The position numbers were made by a program, and so were the translations under genes. Shown here in pieces: positions 1 to 12,200 of a stretch of DNA of 64,000 nucleotides; position 1 is the first letter of the stretch, and every line of letters starts with the position of its first letter. Source of the stretch: Lama guanicoe (taxonomy: Eukaryota). The stretch is taken from assembly GCA_013239625.1 (NCBI GenBank), contig MU053559.1:1490001-1554000 (forward strand), written 5' to 3'. The notes beneath the pieces are model-generated. The model searched no databases, was not told where the DNA came from, and was given only the letters and a program-made list of their open reading frames with translations.

Positions 1-229
1 CGAGATCCCGCCCCCCCTTTCTCCTCACAAATAATAAACGCAGGTTGCCTCGTGCAATTTAAAGCCAGACCTCACAGAAGCAGCGGCTCTGAAACGCGAG
101 AGGAAAAGATCGGAGGGAGGCTATCCTTTTTTTTTTTTAATCGATTGCCCCATGGCGGTGGGAATAAAACCAACTCGATCGCTAGAGAAAAGTTAACTTC
201 TCTGTGCCCAGCGGTGGGAATTTTTCACC

Positions 230-1450
230 CGAACAATGACGCCAGGGGGAGGGAAAGTTCGCCAGCCTGAGGGGCGCCCGGGCTCACCGGGAGCCTCGCC
301 GCCGCCCGCACCGCCGGGCCCCAGGTCACTGGGATTCCGTTCTTCCCGCTCCCCCACCCCAACATCGAAACCACCAGGGCGCGTCCCCGCTCCCCGGAGC
401 ATCTGGCCCCAGGCGACCCGCAGAGCAGGTCCTCCCGCCGCGGGTCTCTGACCCCGGGAACCCTGAGAGCAGGCAGAGGACCGGGAGGGAGGGGGCGCCA
501 GGAGTGAGCACCGGAGGGAACGGCCGCAACAGTTATGGCGCTCAATTCCTGCCCGAGTGTAGCCGCAATCGAACCCGGCCGGCCGCCCCCGCCCCCCGCG
601 CCGGCCACCCGGCGATGCCCCGGCCGGCCGAGGGGCCACCCGTCGCCTCAGCTCAGCCCACACACGCTCTCGGCCCCAACGCGTCGGGGACGCCGGAGGC
701 CACCGCAGTGTGGAGCCGGAGCGACCACGAGCGCGGCGAGGCTGGGCCGGGACGCTGCGCTCCGCGGCGCCCGTTTCCACTCCCCGAGGCCGCCACTCCC
801 GTTGCCCACCCGACGCGACGCCCCCAAGCCCGCTCGCCCCGCGTGCAGGGTCGGCGGCGCCTACCTTGGCGCAGCTCGCTCGCCGCTGCTTCCCGGCTCC
901 ACACTCGGGCCCGGCAACGTGCCGGTGGAGTCTAGTCCGGGTGGTAACCGCCCCCCGCGCCGCTCGCTTTCTTCTCTCCCCTCCCTCGCACCTGCCCCCT
1001 ATCTCCTCCCAAAAAGCCCTCGGCCCCCGCCCGCCCGCCTGGCCCCTCCAGGCCTCAGCGCTGGGCAGGCGGTTGGGCGGCGGCAGCGACGGCGGCGGAG
1101 GCGGCGGCCGCGGCAGCTGAAGCGGCGCGGAGCACTATTGTATTCCTGACACTGTGCGCTCCCACGCTCCGCCTCTTCCCCTTCCTTCCCTCTCCCCCCG
1201 TGCCCCTCCCCCCCCAACGCCAGCCAACCGCCAGCAGCCCTCGCCCTACCCGACTGGCTCCCCGCCGTCCGCCTGCCGCGCGCTCTTCTGGCGGGCTGGG
1301 CGCCGAGGCCACCGCCGCGCGCCTCGAGGCTCCGCCCACTTAGTGCTCCCGCACCCGCGGCGCCGGGCTCCAGGTGGGTTCCTCTCTGCTCCCGCTGGGC
1401 GCGCTGCTGTGGGGAGGAGCCTCAGCCCAGCCAAGAGCCCGAGAGGCTGA
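230..1450. promoter_or_regulatory. CpG island, promoter of the gene next to the RP2 3' end (probably JADE3/PHF16)
   Basis: Very GC- and CpG-rich block with GC boxes and GCC/GGC runs. Identity inferred from mammalian X synteny (RP2 then JADE3, same orientation). Confidence 0.85.
865..1150 (-). other. JADE3: Probable non-coding exon 1 (5'UTR) of JADE3
   Basis: Minus-strand donor AAG|GTAGGC at 865/864. Minus strand from ~1144 reads ATACAATAGTGCTCCGCGCCGC...CCCAACCGCCTGCCCAGCGCTGAGGCC, resembling the human JADE3 mRNA 5' end as I recall it. TSS approximate. Confidence 0.65.
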
Positions 1451-1664
1451 CGACCGAGAGGTGCCTTGGCTGTGTTGAAAACACTAAGCTTTTCGTGGCC
1501 CCTTTCAACTCTAAAGTTCTGTAAGTGGACCCTCCTGTATACAACCGATTGTCGGCCACTATTGATTTAAGTCGTTTGCGCTTGAATCACCCATAATAAC
1601 CAAGCCAAAGTGGCTATTAACAGAATAAATTTATTCGATCGCAAGCACAAATGGTTTCTGATGT

Positions 1665-1981
1665 TGTGTGGCTTTTTGATGAGTCAACTTGGTGAGGCTA
1701 CAGCCCCCAGTTATTCAATCAAACACTAACCAGGGTGTTGTTATGAAGATATTTGGATGTAATTAAAGCTCCTGATCAGTTGATGTAAAGTAAGGGAGGT
1801 TATCCTGGATAATCTGGATGGGCCTGATCATTCCTTTCTGACTGCGTGCTCTATAGATTTTAGATTTGCTAAGCCAGCCCCACAATTGTGAGCCAATATC
1901 TTCTAATGAACGAATGAATAAATAAGTTTAGATATAGGTACACCTATTGGTCTGCTTCTCTGGTGGAATCCTGACTCATAC
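1665..1981. mobile_element. MLT2-like ERVL solo LTR, degenerate
   Basis: Motifs gtcaacttggtgaggctaca, ttatcctggataatctggatgggcctgatca, ctgcttctctggtggaatcctgactcata. Confidence 0.65.
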
Positions 1982-2724
1982 GGAAGTTTAAGCAAGAAAC
2001 TCTTTACCGTGAACTCATATTGACATTTTCATTTACATTTCTAGGCTAAACAAAAACGTGAGCTCTTTTTGTATTTTGTCTGTTTTCCATATTAAACACG
2101 TAGCTCAATTTCATAATACACAAACGGGTTAGTTCTAAAATATTCACAGTCCTTCAGACTTACCTCATTTTATTATACGTGACTTATTTTGAAAGAATTA
2201 CAGATTCACAGGATCTGTAAAAAATGTTGCAGAGCAGTCTTGTGTACTCTTCACCCACTTTTTCGCAATGGTAGTATCTTACATAACCAAGATATTGACA
2301 TTGGTACCATCCACAGGCTCTATTCAGATTTCACCAGTCTTATTACATGCAGTCATTTCTGTGTCTATGTATATAGTACTATGCAATTTTATCACACGTA
2401 AATGGAATCAGACTTTTTGAAATTGGCTTTTCTTCATTCAGCACAATTTCTTTGAGATCCACCCAAGTTGCTGCACTTATCAATAGTTCATTCCTTTTTA
2501 TTGTTTAGTAGTATTGCCATGAATGTACTACAGTTTGTTCCTTCCCCCCCACAGACATTTGGCCTGTTTCCAGTTTTTGCCTATTAAGAATAAAACTGCT
2601 ATGAATACTCACGTAGAGTTTTTTGTGTAAACATAAGTTTTCACTTCTCTGTGACAAATGTCCAAGAGTTCAACTGCTGAGTTGGATGGTATGTGTAAGT
2701 TTAGTTTTATAAGAAACTGCCAAA

Positions 2725-3630
2725 CCCGTGAAAAAATGCTGAATATTATTATCAGAGAAATGCAAATCAAAACTACAATGAGGTATCACCTTACACCAGT
2801 CAGAATGGCCAACATTCAGAAGTCCACAAATGATAAATGCAGGAGAGGGTATGGAGAAAAGGGAACCCTTCTACACTGCTGGTGGGAATGTAGTTCGGTG
2901 CAGCCACTATGACGGACAGTATGGAGATTACTCAAAAAACTAAAAATAGACTTACTGTATGAACCAGCAATCCCACTCCTGGGTATATATCCAAAGGGAA
3001 CTCTAATTCAAAAAGACACATGCACCCCAATGCTCATAGCAGCACTATTTACAATAGCCAAGACATGGAAACAACCTAAATGTCCATCTACAGATGACTG
3101 GATAAAGAAATTCTCGTATATTTATACAACAGAGTACTACTCAGCCATAAAAAACAAAAAAAATGGCATTTGCAGTAACATGGATGGACCTGGAGATCGT
3201 CATTCTAAGTGGAGTAAGCCAGAAAGAGAAGGAAAAGTACCATATGATAGCACTTATATGTGGAATCTAAAAAAAAAAAAACAAACCACAAATGAACTTA
3301 TTTACAAAACAGAAACAGACTCACAGACATAGAAAACAGACTTATGGGTACCAGAGGGGAAAGGAGATGAGAAAGGATAAATCGGGAGTTTGAGATTTGC
3401 AGATATTAACTACTATATATAAAATAGATTAACAAAATAGTCCTACTGTATAGCCCAGGAAACTATATTCAATATCTTGTAGTAACCTATAATGAAAATG
3501 AATATGAAAAGGTATATATGTATATATATGTATGACTGAAACATGATGCTGTACACTAGAAATTGATGCAACCTTGTAAACTGACTACACTTCAATTTTT
3601 AAAAAATGGAAAAAAAAAGTGAACAGAAAA
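2725..3630 (+). mobile_element. Younger 5'-truncated L1 (ORF2 C-terminus, 3'UTR, polyA)
   Basis: [20 protein letters not shown] and [17 protein letters not shown] peptides, A-rich tail, flanking aaactgcc repeat. Confidence 0.9.
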
Positions 3631-5522
3631 AAAACTGCCCCAAATTTCCAGATGATCTGTATTATTTTACATTCCCACTAGCAATGTATGAAAGATCCAG
3701 TTTCTCCACGTCTTTGCCAGCATTTGGTATTGTCACTGTATTTTTATTTTAGCCATTCTAATAGATGTGTAATGATATATCTTTGTTTTAAATTGCATTT
3801 CCCCAATAGCTAATGATGATAAAACATCTTTTCATGTGCTTATTTACCATTTGTATATCCTCTTTGGTGAAATATCTGTTCATGTCTTTGGCCCATTACA
3901 TTTTGAGAATTCTTTACATGTTCTAGATACAAGTTCTCTGTCAGGTATGTGATCTGCAAATATTTTCCCCAGTCTGTAGCTGGTCCTTTCATCCTCTTAA
4001 GAGATTTTGCGGGCCAAAATTTTTAATTTTGATGAAGTCCAACTTATCAGTGTTTGCATTTATGTTTCATGATTTGGTGTCATATTTAAGAAAACTCTCA
4101 TGTAGCCCCAGGTTCCACGAATTTTCTCTTATGTTTCCTTCTAAAAGTATTGTCATTTTATATTTCACATTTAAGGCAATGATTCATTTCGAATTAATTT
4201 TTGTATAAAATGTGAACTTAAGGTTGAGGTTCATGTTTTTGCATATGTATGTCTAATGGCTCAAACACAGTTTGTTAAAATAACTATTTTTTCCTCCATT
4301 GACTTGCTTCTGCACCTTTGTCAAAATCAGTTGGGCATATTTCTCTGGGGTATTTCTAGGGTCTGTGTTCTGTTTTATTGTTCTATGTGTCTATCCTTCT
4401 GTGAAAACCAAACAGTCTTGATTACTGTAGCTATATATTTATTTATTCTTCTTTAAAATTGTTTTAGTCATTCAAGGTCATTTGCCTTTCTATGTAAATT
4501 TCGGAATGAGCTTGTCTATATCTACGAAAACCTTGCTGGGATTTTGATAGGAATTGTGTTGAACCTGTAGATCAACTTGGGGAGAATTGACATCTTTACT
4601 GTCTTGAGTTTTCCAATTCATGAACACAGTATGTGTGTCTCTCCATTTATTTAGATCTTTGCCTTCTTTCATCAGCATTTTGGGATTCTCAGCATACATA
4701 ACCTGTACATGTTTTGTTAAGTGTATACCAAATTTCATGTTCTTTGGAGTGACTGTAAATAATTTTGTGTTTTAAATTTCAGCTTCTTCATTCATTGTTC
4801 ATTATTAGTATATAGAAATGTGATTAATTTTTGAGTGTTGATCTTGTATCCTTTGCCTTTTTTGAACCCACTTATTAGTTCTAGGAGAGTTTTTTTTTGT
4901 AGATTATTTGGGATTTTCTACATAGATAATCATGTTGTCTGTGAGTATAAACAGGTCTATTTCTTCCTTTCCAATCTGTATGCCTTTTATTTCTTTTTCT
5001 TGCCTCATTGTGCAGGCTAGAACTTTCAGTACTATGTTGAATAAGAATGGTGTAAGGCAGACATCTTTCCTTGTTCCTTTTCTTAAGGGGAAACATTCCA
5101 ACTCTCACCATTAAGAAAACTTAGCTGCAGTGTGTTTGTGTAGATGCTCTTTATCAAATTGAGAAAGTACTCTTCTATTCCTAGTTTGCTGAGAGTTTTT
5201 TTCATAAATAAATGCTGAATTTGGTCAAAGGCTTTTTCTGCACAATTGATATGATCATATGAATTTTCTTCTTTAGCTTGTGGATACGGTAGGTTACATT
5301 GATTGAATATTAATTTTTTAACTGATCTTGCATAGCTAGAATAAGAGCCACTTGACCATGGTATAGCCCTTTTTAAACCTTTCTGGATTCTCTATCATTA
5401 ATAGGTTGTCACAGATTTTTGTGTCAAAGTTCACGAAAGAAGTTTTGAGAGATTTTTTCATACTGTGTTTGTCTGGTTTTGGTATTAGGTGAACACAGGC
5501 CTCATAAAATGAGTTAAGAAGT

Positions 5523-6406
5523 TGTGCAAGAAAAAGTTAACACAGCAGGCCCCTGGTGGGCCTCTGGGAACTTGGATTTCAGGTGGGTTCCCACCATTCG
5601 AAGATCTGATAAGAGTGGCTCACTATGCCTAAACTGTTTGTACAAATGTGATTTATGCTGGGACTAGAATTCAAGTCTCCTGATTGCTAAGATTTGCAGA
5701 AAAAGCGTCAACATAGCAGGCCTGACTGCAATCCTTTGAGAGGCCTGTTTGCAAGGTCCGTTTTTTTTTTTTAAGGAGTTTTAAAAAATTCTTCTGGAGG
5801 GGGGAGGTTGTTAGGATTTATTTATTTTTAATGGAGGTACTGGGGGTTAAACCCAGGACCTTGTGCATGCTGAGCACGCACTCTGCCACTGAGCTACACC
5901 CTCCCCCACCACGAGGTCCGTTCTTGAATAGCATCTGGAAACTTGGATTTGGGATGATTTCCCAGCATTCCCAGGACTGGCTGATAAGAGTGTCTCCCTG
6001 TGCCTAAACTGTACAAACAATATGGTCTGTGTCCATCATCTGCTTTCCTTCTGGGAGTCTGGAATTTGGGTAAGTGCTGAGCAGAGGGTGCCTACATGAC
6101 CAACCCCCAGTAAATGGCCTGGGAACTAAGTTTCTAATGAGCTTCGCTGGTAGACAACATTTCACGTGTGTTGTCACAACTCCTTTGGTGGATGATTTAA
6201 GTACATAGTATGTGACTTCACTGGGAGAGGACTCTTGGAAGCTTGTGCTTGATTTTCTCTGGACTTCAGCCCCATGTGCCTTTTTCTTTTGCTGATTTTG
6301 CTCTGTATTCTCTCACTGTAATAAATACTAGCATTGAGTCTGACTGTATGCTGAGGTCCTAAGGGAATCACTGAGCCTGGGAATGGTCTTGGGGACCCCT
6401 GACACA
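5523..6406. mobile_element. MER21-like ERVL solo LTR inserted in the old L1
   Basis: TG...CA termini (tgtgcaagaaaaagttaac ... ggggacccctgacaca), 5-bp TSD gaagt/gaaat, internally repeated 5' module. Confidence 0.7.
5762..5907 (-). mobile_element. tRNA-Ala-derived camelid SINE (Vic-1 type), nested in the LTR
   Basis: A-box/B-box tRNA head, A-rich tail, flanking aggtccgtt duplication. Confidence 0.85.
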
Positions 6407-6689
6407 GAAATGTTCCCTCCTCTTTAACATTCTGTAAGAGATTGTGTAAAATTTGGGTTAATTCTCTAAAAGTTTGGTAGAATTTTCCAGTGAAACCATG
6501 GGGACTGGAACTTATTTTTCCCGAGACCTTTTAAATTACAAATCTAATTCCTTTAGTACTTCTTGGACTATTCAGATTATAAATTCCATATTGGTTGAGT
6601 TTTGGTAGTTTGTGGTTTTCAAGGAATTGGTGCTTTTTTATCTAAGTTGTCGAATGTATACACATAGGGTTTTCATAGTATTCCTTTTT

Positions 6690-7092
6690 TAAAAACACAT
6701 CCATCACCTCACATATTTCCCCTCCCTTTTTTTCCTTTGGTGAGAACATTGAAGTTCTACTCTCTGAGCAATTTCAATTATACAATACAGTGTTATCAAC
6801 TATAGTCATGATGGCATATATTAGATCCTCAGATCGTGTTCATCTTATAGCTGGAAGTTTGTGCCATTTTATCAACCTTTGTCCACTTCCCCTACCTCTC
6901 AGTCCCTGCATCCACTATTCTACTCTCTGTTTCTATGAGGTTTTTATTTTTTTTAGATTTCACATATAAGTGAAACCATACAGTATTTTTCTTTCTCTGT
7001 CTGTCTTATTTCACTTAGCATACTCCCCCCAGATACATCAGTGTTGTCACAAATAACAGGGTTTCCTTCTTTTTAAAGACCGAATGGTATTC

Positions 7093-7135
<43 letters not shown>

Positions 7136-7320
7136 ACACATTTACTTGATCCATTCATCTGTTGACAGACACTTAAGTTGCTTCCATATCTTGGCTATTG
7201 TTAATAATGCTGCAATGAACATGGGAGTGCAGCTGTCTCTTCAGCATAATGGTTTCATTTCCTTTGGATATCTACCCAAAAGCAGGATTGCTGGATCATA
7301 TGATAGTTCTTTTTTTTGAA
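6690..7320 (-). mobile_element. L1 3' fragment containing a (TG)n tract
   Basis: Antisense L1 3'UTR/ORF2-end motifs (gcttccatatcttggctattgttaataatgctgcaatgaacatggg). Confidence 0.8.
7094..7132. repeat. (TG)19 microsatellite
   Basis: Perfect dinucleotide run. Confidence 0.95.
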
Positions 7321-8600
7321 GAGGGGTCTCTAATGTCAAAGAAATATAATAATTTGCAAGTTTCTTTTCCAAATAGTGACATATTTTGTGAACATTTTGG
7401 TCAGGGATTGACTATATATTTGCCATAGACAGACATTTCCATAACATCTTTCTTCCAAAGAATTTGGGTACTGGGTTAAGAACTTTATTTTCCTTTCAAT
7501 GGCAGTGGGATCTGTAGAAAGCTCCCCTGGCTCATTTGTGATATTAGTCTTCTCTCTTTTTATCTTAGTCAATCATGCTATAGGTTTATCAATTTTATTG
7601 ATCTTGTCAGAGAAACATCTTTTTGTTTAATTGATTTTTCTCTATTATTTTTCTATTTTCAATGTCATTGATTTCTGCCCTTATCTTTATTATTTCCTTC
7701 CTTCTGCTTGCTTTGAGTTAATTTTATTTTGTTCTTTTTCTAGTTCCCTGAGGTGGGAGCTTACATGACTGATCTGAAATGTTTCCTCTTTTCTAATGGA
7801 AGTATTTGGTGTTCTAAATTCCCATATCAGCACTGCTTTAGCTACATTCCACAAATTTTGATATGTTGTATTTTCATTTTCATTCGGTTCACTGTATTTT
7901 TTAGAATTTCCCTTGAGCTTTCCTTTTTGACCTGTGAATTAACGAGAATATGTTATTTGGTTTCCAAGTATTTGAGTATTTGGAGATTTTCCTGTTGACT
8001 TTGTTATTGGTTCCTAGTTTGATTCCATTATGATCTGAGAACATATTCCATATGATTTCAGTTTCTTTACATTTGTTGAAGTTTGTTTTATGACCCAGAA
8101 TATGAGCTATCTTGGTGAATGTTCACTGGTATTTGAAAAGAATGTGAGTTATGCTATTATGGGGTGGAGTGTCCTATAAATTATATCCTGTTGCTTTATG
8201 GTGTTGTTGAGCTATATAATCTTCCTGATTTTATGTCCACTAGTTCTATTGTTGAGGGGGTATTGAAGTTCCCAATTGTAATTATGGATTTGTCAGTTTC
8301 TCCTTTGTTTCTATTCATTTTTCCTCGTGTATCTTGAAGCTCTCTTGTTTGGTGCATACACACTTAGGATTCCTATGTCTTCTTGGTGGCTTGACCCTTT
8401 TGTCAGTATGCAATATCCCTTTTTGTCCTTGGTAGTTTTGTTTGCTCTGAAGTCTACTTTATCTGATATTAATATAGCCACTCCTGCTTTCATAAATTAA
8501 TGTTTGAGTAGTATATCCTTTTCCATCATTTTACTTTCTACCTACCTATGTTGTATTTGGAGTGAGCTTCTTGTAGACAACATATAGTTGGGTATTTTTT

Positions 8601-8668
8601 AAAGGTTTTTTAAAAATTATTTTTAAAATTTTCTGGTGTACAGCATAATGTTTCAGTCGTACATATAC

Positions 8669-8699
<31 letters not shown>

Positions 8700-8844
8700 T
8701 TCTTTTTCATTATAGGTTATCACAAGATGTTGAATATAGTTCCCTGTGCTATACAGTAGAAACTTATTATTTATCTATTTTATATATAGTAGTTAGTATA
8801 TGCAAATCTCAAACTTCCAATTTATCCCTTCCCACCCTCTTTCC
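8601..8844 (-). mobile_element. Young L1 3' end fragment with (TA)n
   Basis: L1 3'UTR motifs, TSD tagttgggtatttt on both sides. Confidence 0.85.
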
Positions 8845-9915
8845 TAGTTGGGTATTTTTAAAAACTATTCTGTGAATCTCTGTGTTTTAATTCATGCATT
8901 TATACTGTTTACCTTTATATAGCTATTGATATCTTAGTGCTAAAGTCTAATGTTTTATTATTTGCTTTCTGTTTATTCCCTCTGTTTCTCATTCCTCTGC
9001 TTTCCTTTGTTTGCCTTACTGTAGGTTACTTGAGTATTTTTTAGAATTCCATTTTGACTTACATTGTGTTTTTTAGTATATCACTCTGTATAGTGTCTTA
9101 ATGTTTGCTCTAGGTATTAAAAGACACATATGTAATATCACAGTGTATTGTTATCAACATTTTACCACTTCTAATATAGAAATCTTATTTTCATTTATGT
9201 CCCTTTACCCTCTCACTTTTTAAGTACAATTTCCTTATCTATTTCCTCCAAATACGTTGAACCCAACATCAGATGCTGCTATAATTTTTGTTTCAATAAT
9301 CCATCATGATTGAAAAGAAAGAAAAGGATTATCTATTATATTTATCCATATTTTTATACATTTCATTGTTTTCCTTCCTTTGTGAAGTTCCAAGGCTCCC
9401 TCTGTTATTTCCATTCTGTTTGGAGAGCTTCCTTTAGCCATTCATTAATGGTAAGTTTGCTAGTAAAAATTTTGTAAGTTTTCTGTCATCTGGGAATGTC
9501 TTTATTTCCCCTTTATTCCTGAAGGATATTTTTGCTGATCATGGAATTCAGATTTGACTATTCTTTTCTTTCATCATTTGAAAAATGTATCACTTCCTTC
9601 CAGCCTTTATAATTTCAGATGAAAAATTCACTGTCATATGAATCAGTGTTCTTCAACAGGTAAAGCATTTTTTTCTCTCTAGCTGCTTTCAAGATTTTTT
9701 TCTTTATCTTTAGTTTTCAGAAGTTATTTATGATGTGACTTGGTGTGAATATTTTTTAGTTTTCCTGTCTTGGCTTCACTGAGCTTCTTGAATTTGTAAG
9801 TTTATGTCTTATACCAAATTTGGGACAGTTTCAGCGATTATTTCTTTGAATTCATTTTCAGTTCCATTCTCACTTCTCCTTCAATGACTTCAGTGATATG
9901 AATATTAACATTTTT

Positions 9916-10388
9916 TAACATTTTTTATTGATTTTTAAAATTTATTTTTATGTTTTTATTTTTTAGCATTTTTTATTGATTTATAATCATTTTACAATAT
10001 TGTGTCAAATTCCAGTGTTCAGCACAATTTTTCAGTTATACATGAACATATATATATATATTCATTGTCACATTTTTTTTCTCTGTGAGCTACCATAGGA
10101 TCTTGTGTATATTTCCCTGTGCTTTATAGTATAATCTTGTTTATCTATTCTACAGTTTTGAAGTCCCGTCTGTCCCTTCCCACCCTCCGCCCCCTTGGCA
10201 GCCACAAGTTTGTATTCTATGTCTATGAGTCTGTTTCTGTTTTGTATTTACGCTTTGTTTTTTTGTTTTTGTTTTTGTTTTTGTTTTTTAGATTCCACAT
10301 ATGAGCGATCTCATATGGTATTTTTCTTTCTCTTTCTGGCTTACTTCACTTAGAATGACATTCTCCAGGAGCATCCATGTTGCTGCAG
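9916..10388 (-). mobile_element. Young L1 3' end fragment
   Basis: L1 3'UTR, TSD atgaatattaacattttt on both sides. Confidence 0.85.
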
Positions 10389-12105
10389 ATGAATATTAAC
10401 ATTTTTGTTGTTATTGTCCAACAGGTCCCTGAGACTGGGGATTTTCCCCCCTCATCTATTTTCTCTCTTTTGTTCAGATTGGAGAAATTCTATCGTTCTG
10501 TCCTCAAGTTCACTAATTCTATCCTCTGTCATCTTCATGCTACTATTGAACCCAGCCAGTGAGTTTTTTATTTTTGATTATTGTATTTTTCACTTCTCCA
10601 CTTCCTGTTTTGGTTTTTTTTTTTTGAAACTTCTATTTCTTTGCTGAGACTTTATGTATTTCCCCATCTGTAATTGCTCATTGAAGCATTTTTTATGATG
10701 GCTGCTATAAAGTCTGTGTAAGATAATTCCAACATCTGATTCATCTTAGTGGTATATTTGTTAATTGTCTTTCCCCATTCAGGTTGTGATTTTACTAGTT
10801 CTGGGTATAATGAGTGTGTTTCCATTGTCTCCTGGATATTTTGGATTGTAGGAGACTCTAGATCCTACTTGAATCTTTTATTTTAGCAGGCAGTTACCCT
10901 ATTTAGGTTTAGTGCACAGGTCTTAGCCTACTTTTGTGGGCTGTGGTTCCAATGACACTTTAGTTTTTAGAACCCTCACAGTGATATTCTGGTATGCTTT
11001 GTTTGTGTGCTATTTGAAGCCCCCTTGAGAGCTCAGGTGCTATTCCCCATTGTAGTTCTGTTCTTAGATCTTCAGGCATGTTGATTTAGTCAGTTTTATC
11101 TTTTGGGTCAGGTGTCTTTCCAGGACTTCCTATGAAGATTTAAAGAATCCCTTTTTCCAGCAACCTCCTCTCTGAGCTCCTTTCTTCATTCTCTAATTGA
11201 GAGAATGAGGGGCACCAGTTGCTACTGGCAGATGAGAGTGAAAGTCTGGACCCCTCATTCTGTCCCTACTGACATGGCAGCACTGAATAGGGGGAGCGCC
11301 TCTCTAGATCCTCTCCTTATGCTAGGTGGGAGAGGAGTGGCAGATGTCCAGCTCTGCCTCCCATTCTGGAAGTGCTAACCCTGGCTACCTGGTGCTGCTG
11401 GTGGGCCATAGCAGTGTAGATTCTTTGCTGGGTATCTGTTAATGTCACTAGGCAAGCATAGCACCAACCCTCCCTCTCCTTGCGGCTCCAACTTGCTCTC
11501 CCTGGCCGGGGGTGGGGGGTGGGATGGAAAGGAGGGGAAAGTCCTTCCCCAGGCCACCTGATGCCATTGGGACTCCCCCTCAGTCTCAGCTTGTGCTCTT
11601 CCAGGGAGAGGAAAGCATTTCCCCTAGCTGCCTGCAGCTACTGAATGGGGGACCTAAGTCTAGTGTCCCTACTCAGAAGTTGCCTACACCACAGGCTGGG
11701 GTCGGGTGGGTGTTGTCAAAAAGGTTTCTCTCCTACTGAGCTGGGTTTCTCTCCTTTCCAGGTGCTTTGGCCAGAAAGAACAGGTATTTCTTTGGCTTTG
11801 TTGTTTTTTTGTTTATTTGTTGTTTTGGTCTGCTCTGCTTGGAGATTCTAGGTTGTGGGCTTCACCAGCACCCAGTCTGGAATATTGAGAAAAGGGGGGA
11901 GTCTACCTCCATATTTCCTCAAGTCCTGAGGTCTCTAGCCAGCCCACATTCCTCCTTCCACCACCAGAGTCTCTTTATGATGGATTTTTGTATTATTTCC
12001 AGGGATTTTAGTTCTACTTAGCAGGGAGGAGCAAGGAGAAATGGGTCTATGCCATCTTGTCTGGAACCTGAAGTTACGTCATATTTTAAAAGACACTAAC
12101 AAAGC

Positions 12106-12200
12106 CGGGAAGGTATAGCGCAAGTGGTAGAGTGTGTCCCGGGTTCAATCACCAGTACCTCCTCTAAGAAAATAAATGAATAAACCTCCCTCTGCAAAAA
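12106..12200 (+). mobile_element. Vic-1-type SINE, internally deleted
   Basis: aggtatagcgcaagtggtagag...gggttcaatcaccagtacctcc with the anticodon segment missing. Confidence 0.75.

Larger units (their letters stand above)
2172..12073 (-). mobile_element. Old near-full-length LINE-1 (L1MB/MC-like), decayed, with nested insertions
   Basis: Colinear on minus strand: 5' end with YY1-type CAAGATGGC (12051-12059), ORF1 region, endonuclease remnant KAGVAILISDKVDF (8311-8493), RT remnant [35 protein letters not shown] (4904-5101), 3'UTR near 2.2-2.7 kb. Confidence 0.8.

Noticed and set aside
52..1450. Many overlapping Pro/Arg/Gly/Ala-rich ORFs on both strands
   Set aside because: Expected from stop-codon scarcity in a CpG island; no recognisable domain.
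2658..3332. Active L1 ORF2 (also 59096-59365 and 62196-62639)
   Set aside because: 5'-truncated and broken by stops and frameshifts; no intact ORF1 or ORF2 in the window.
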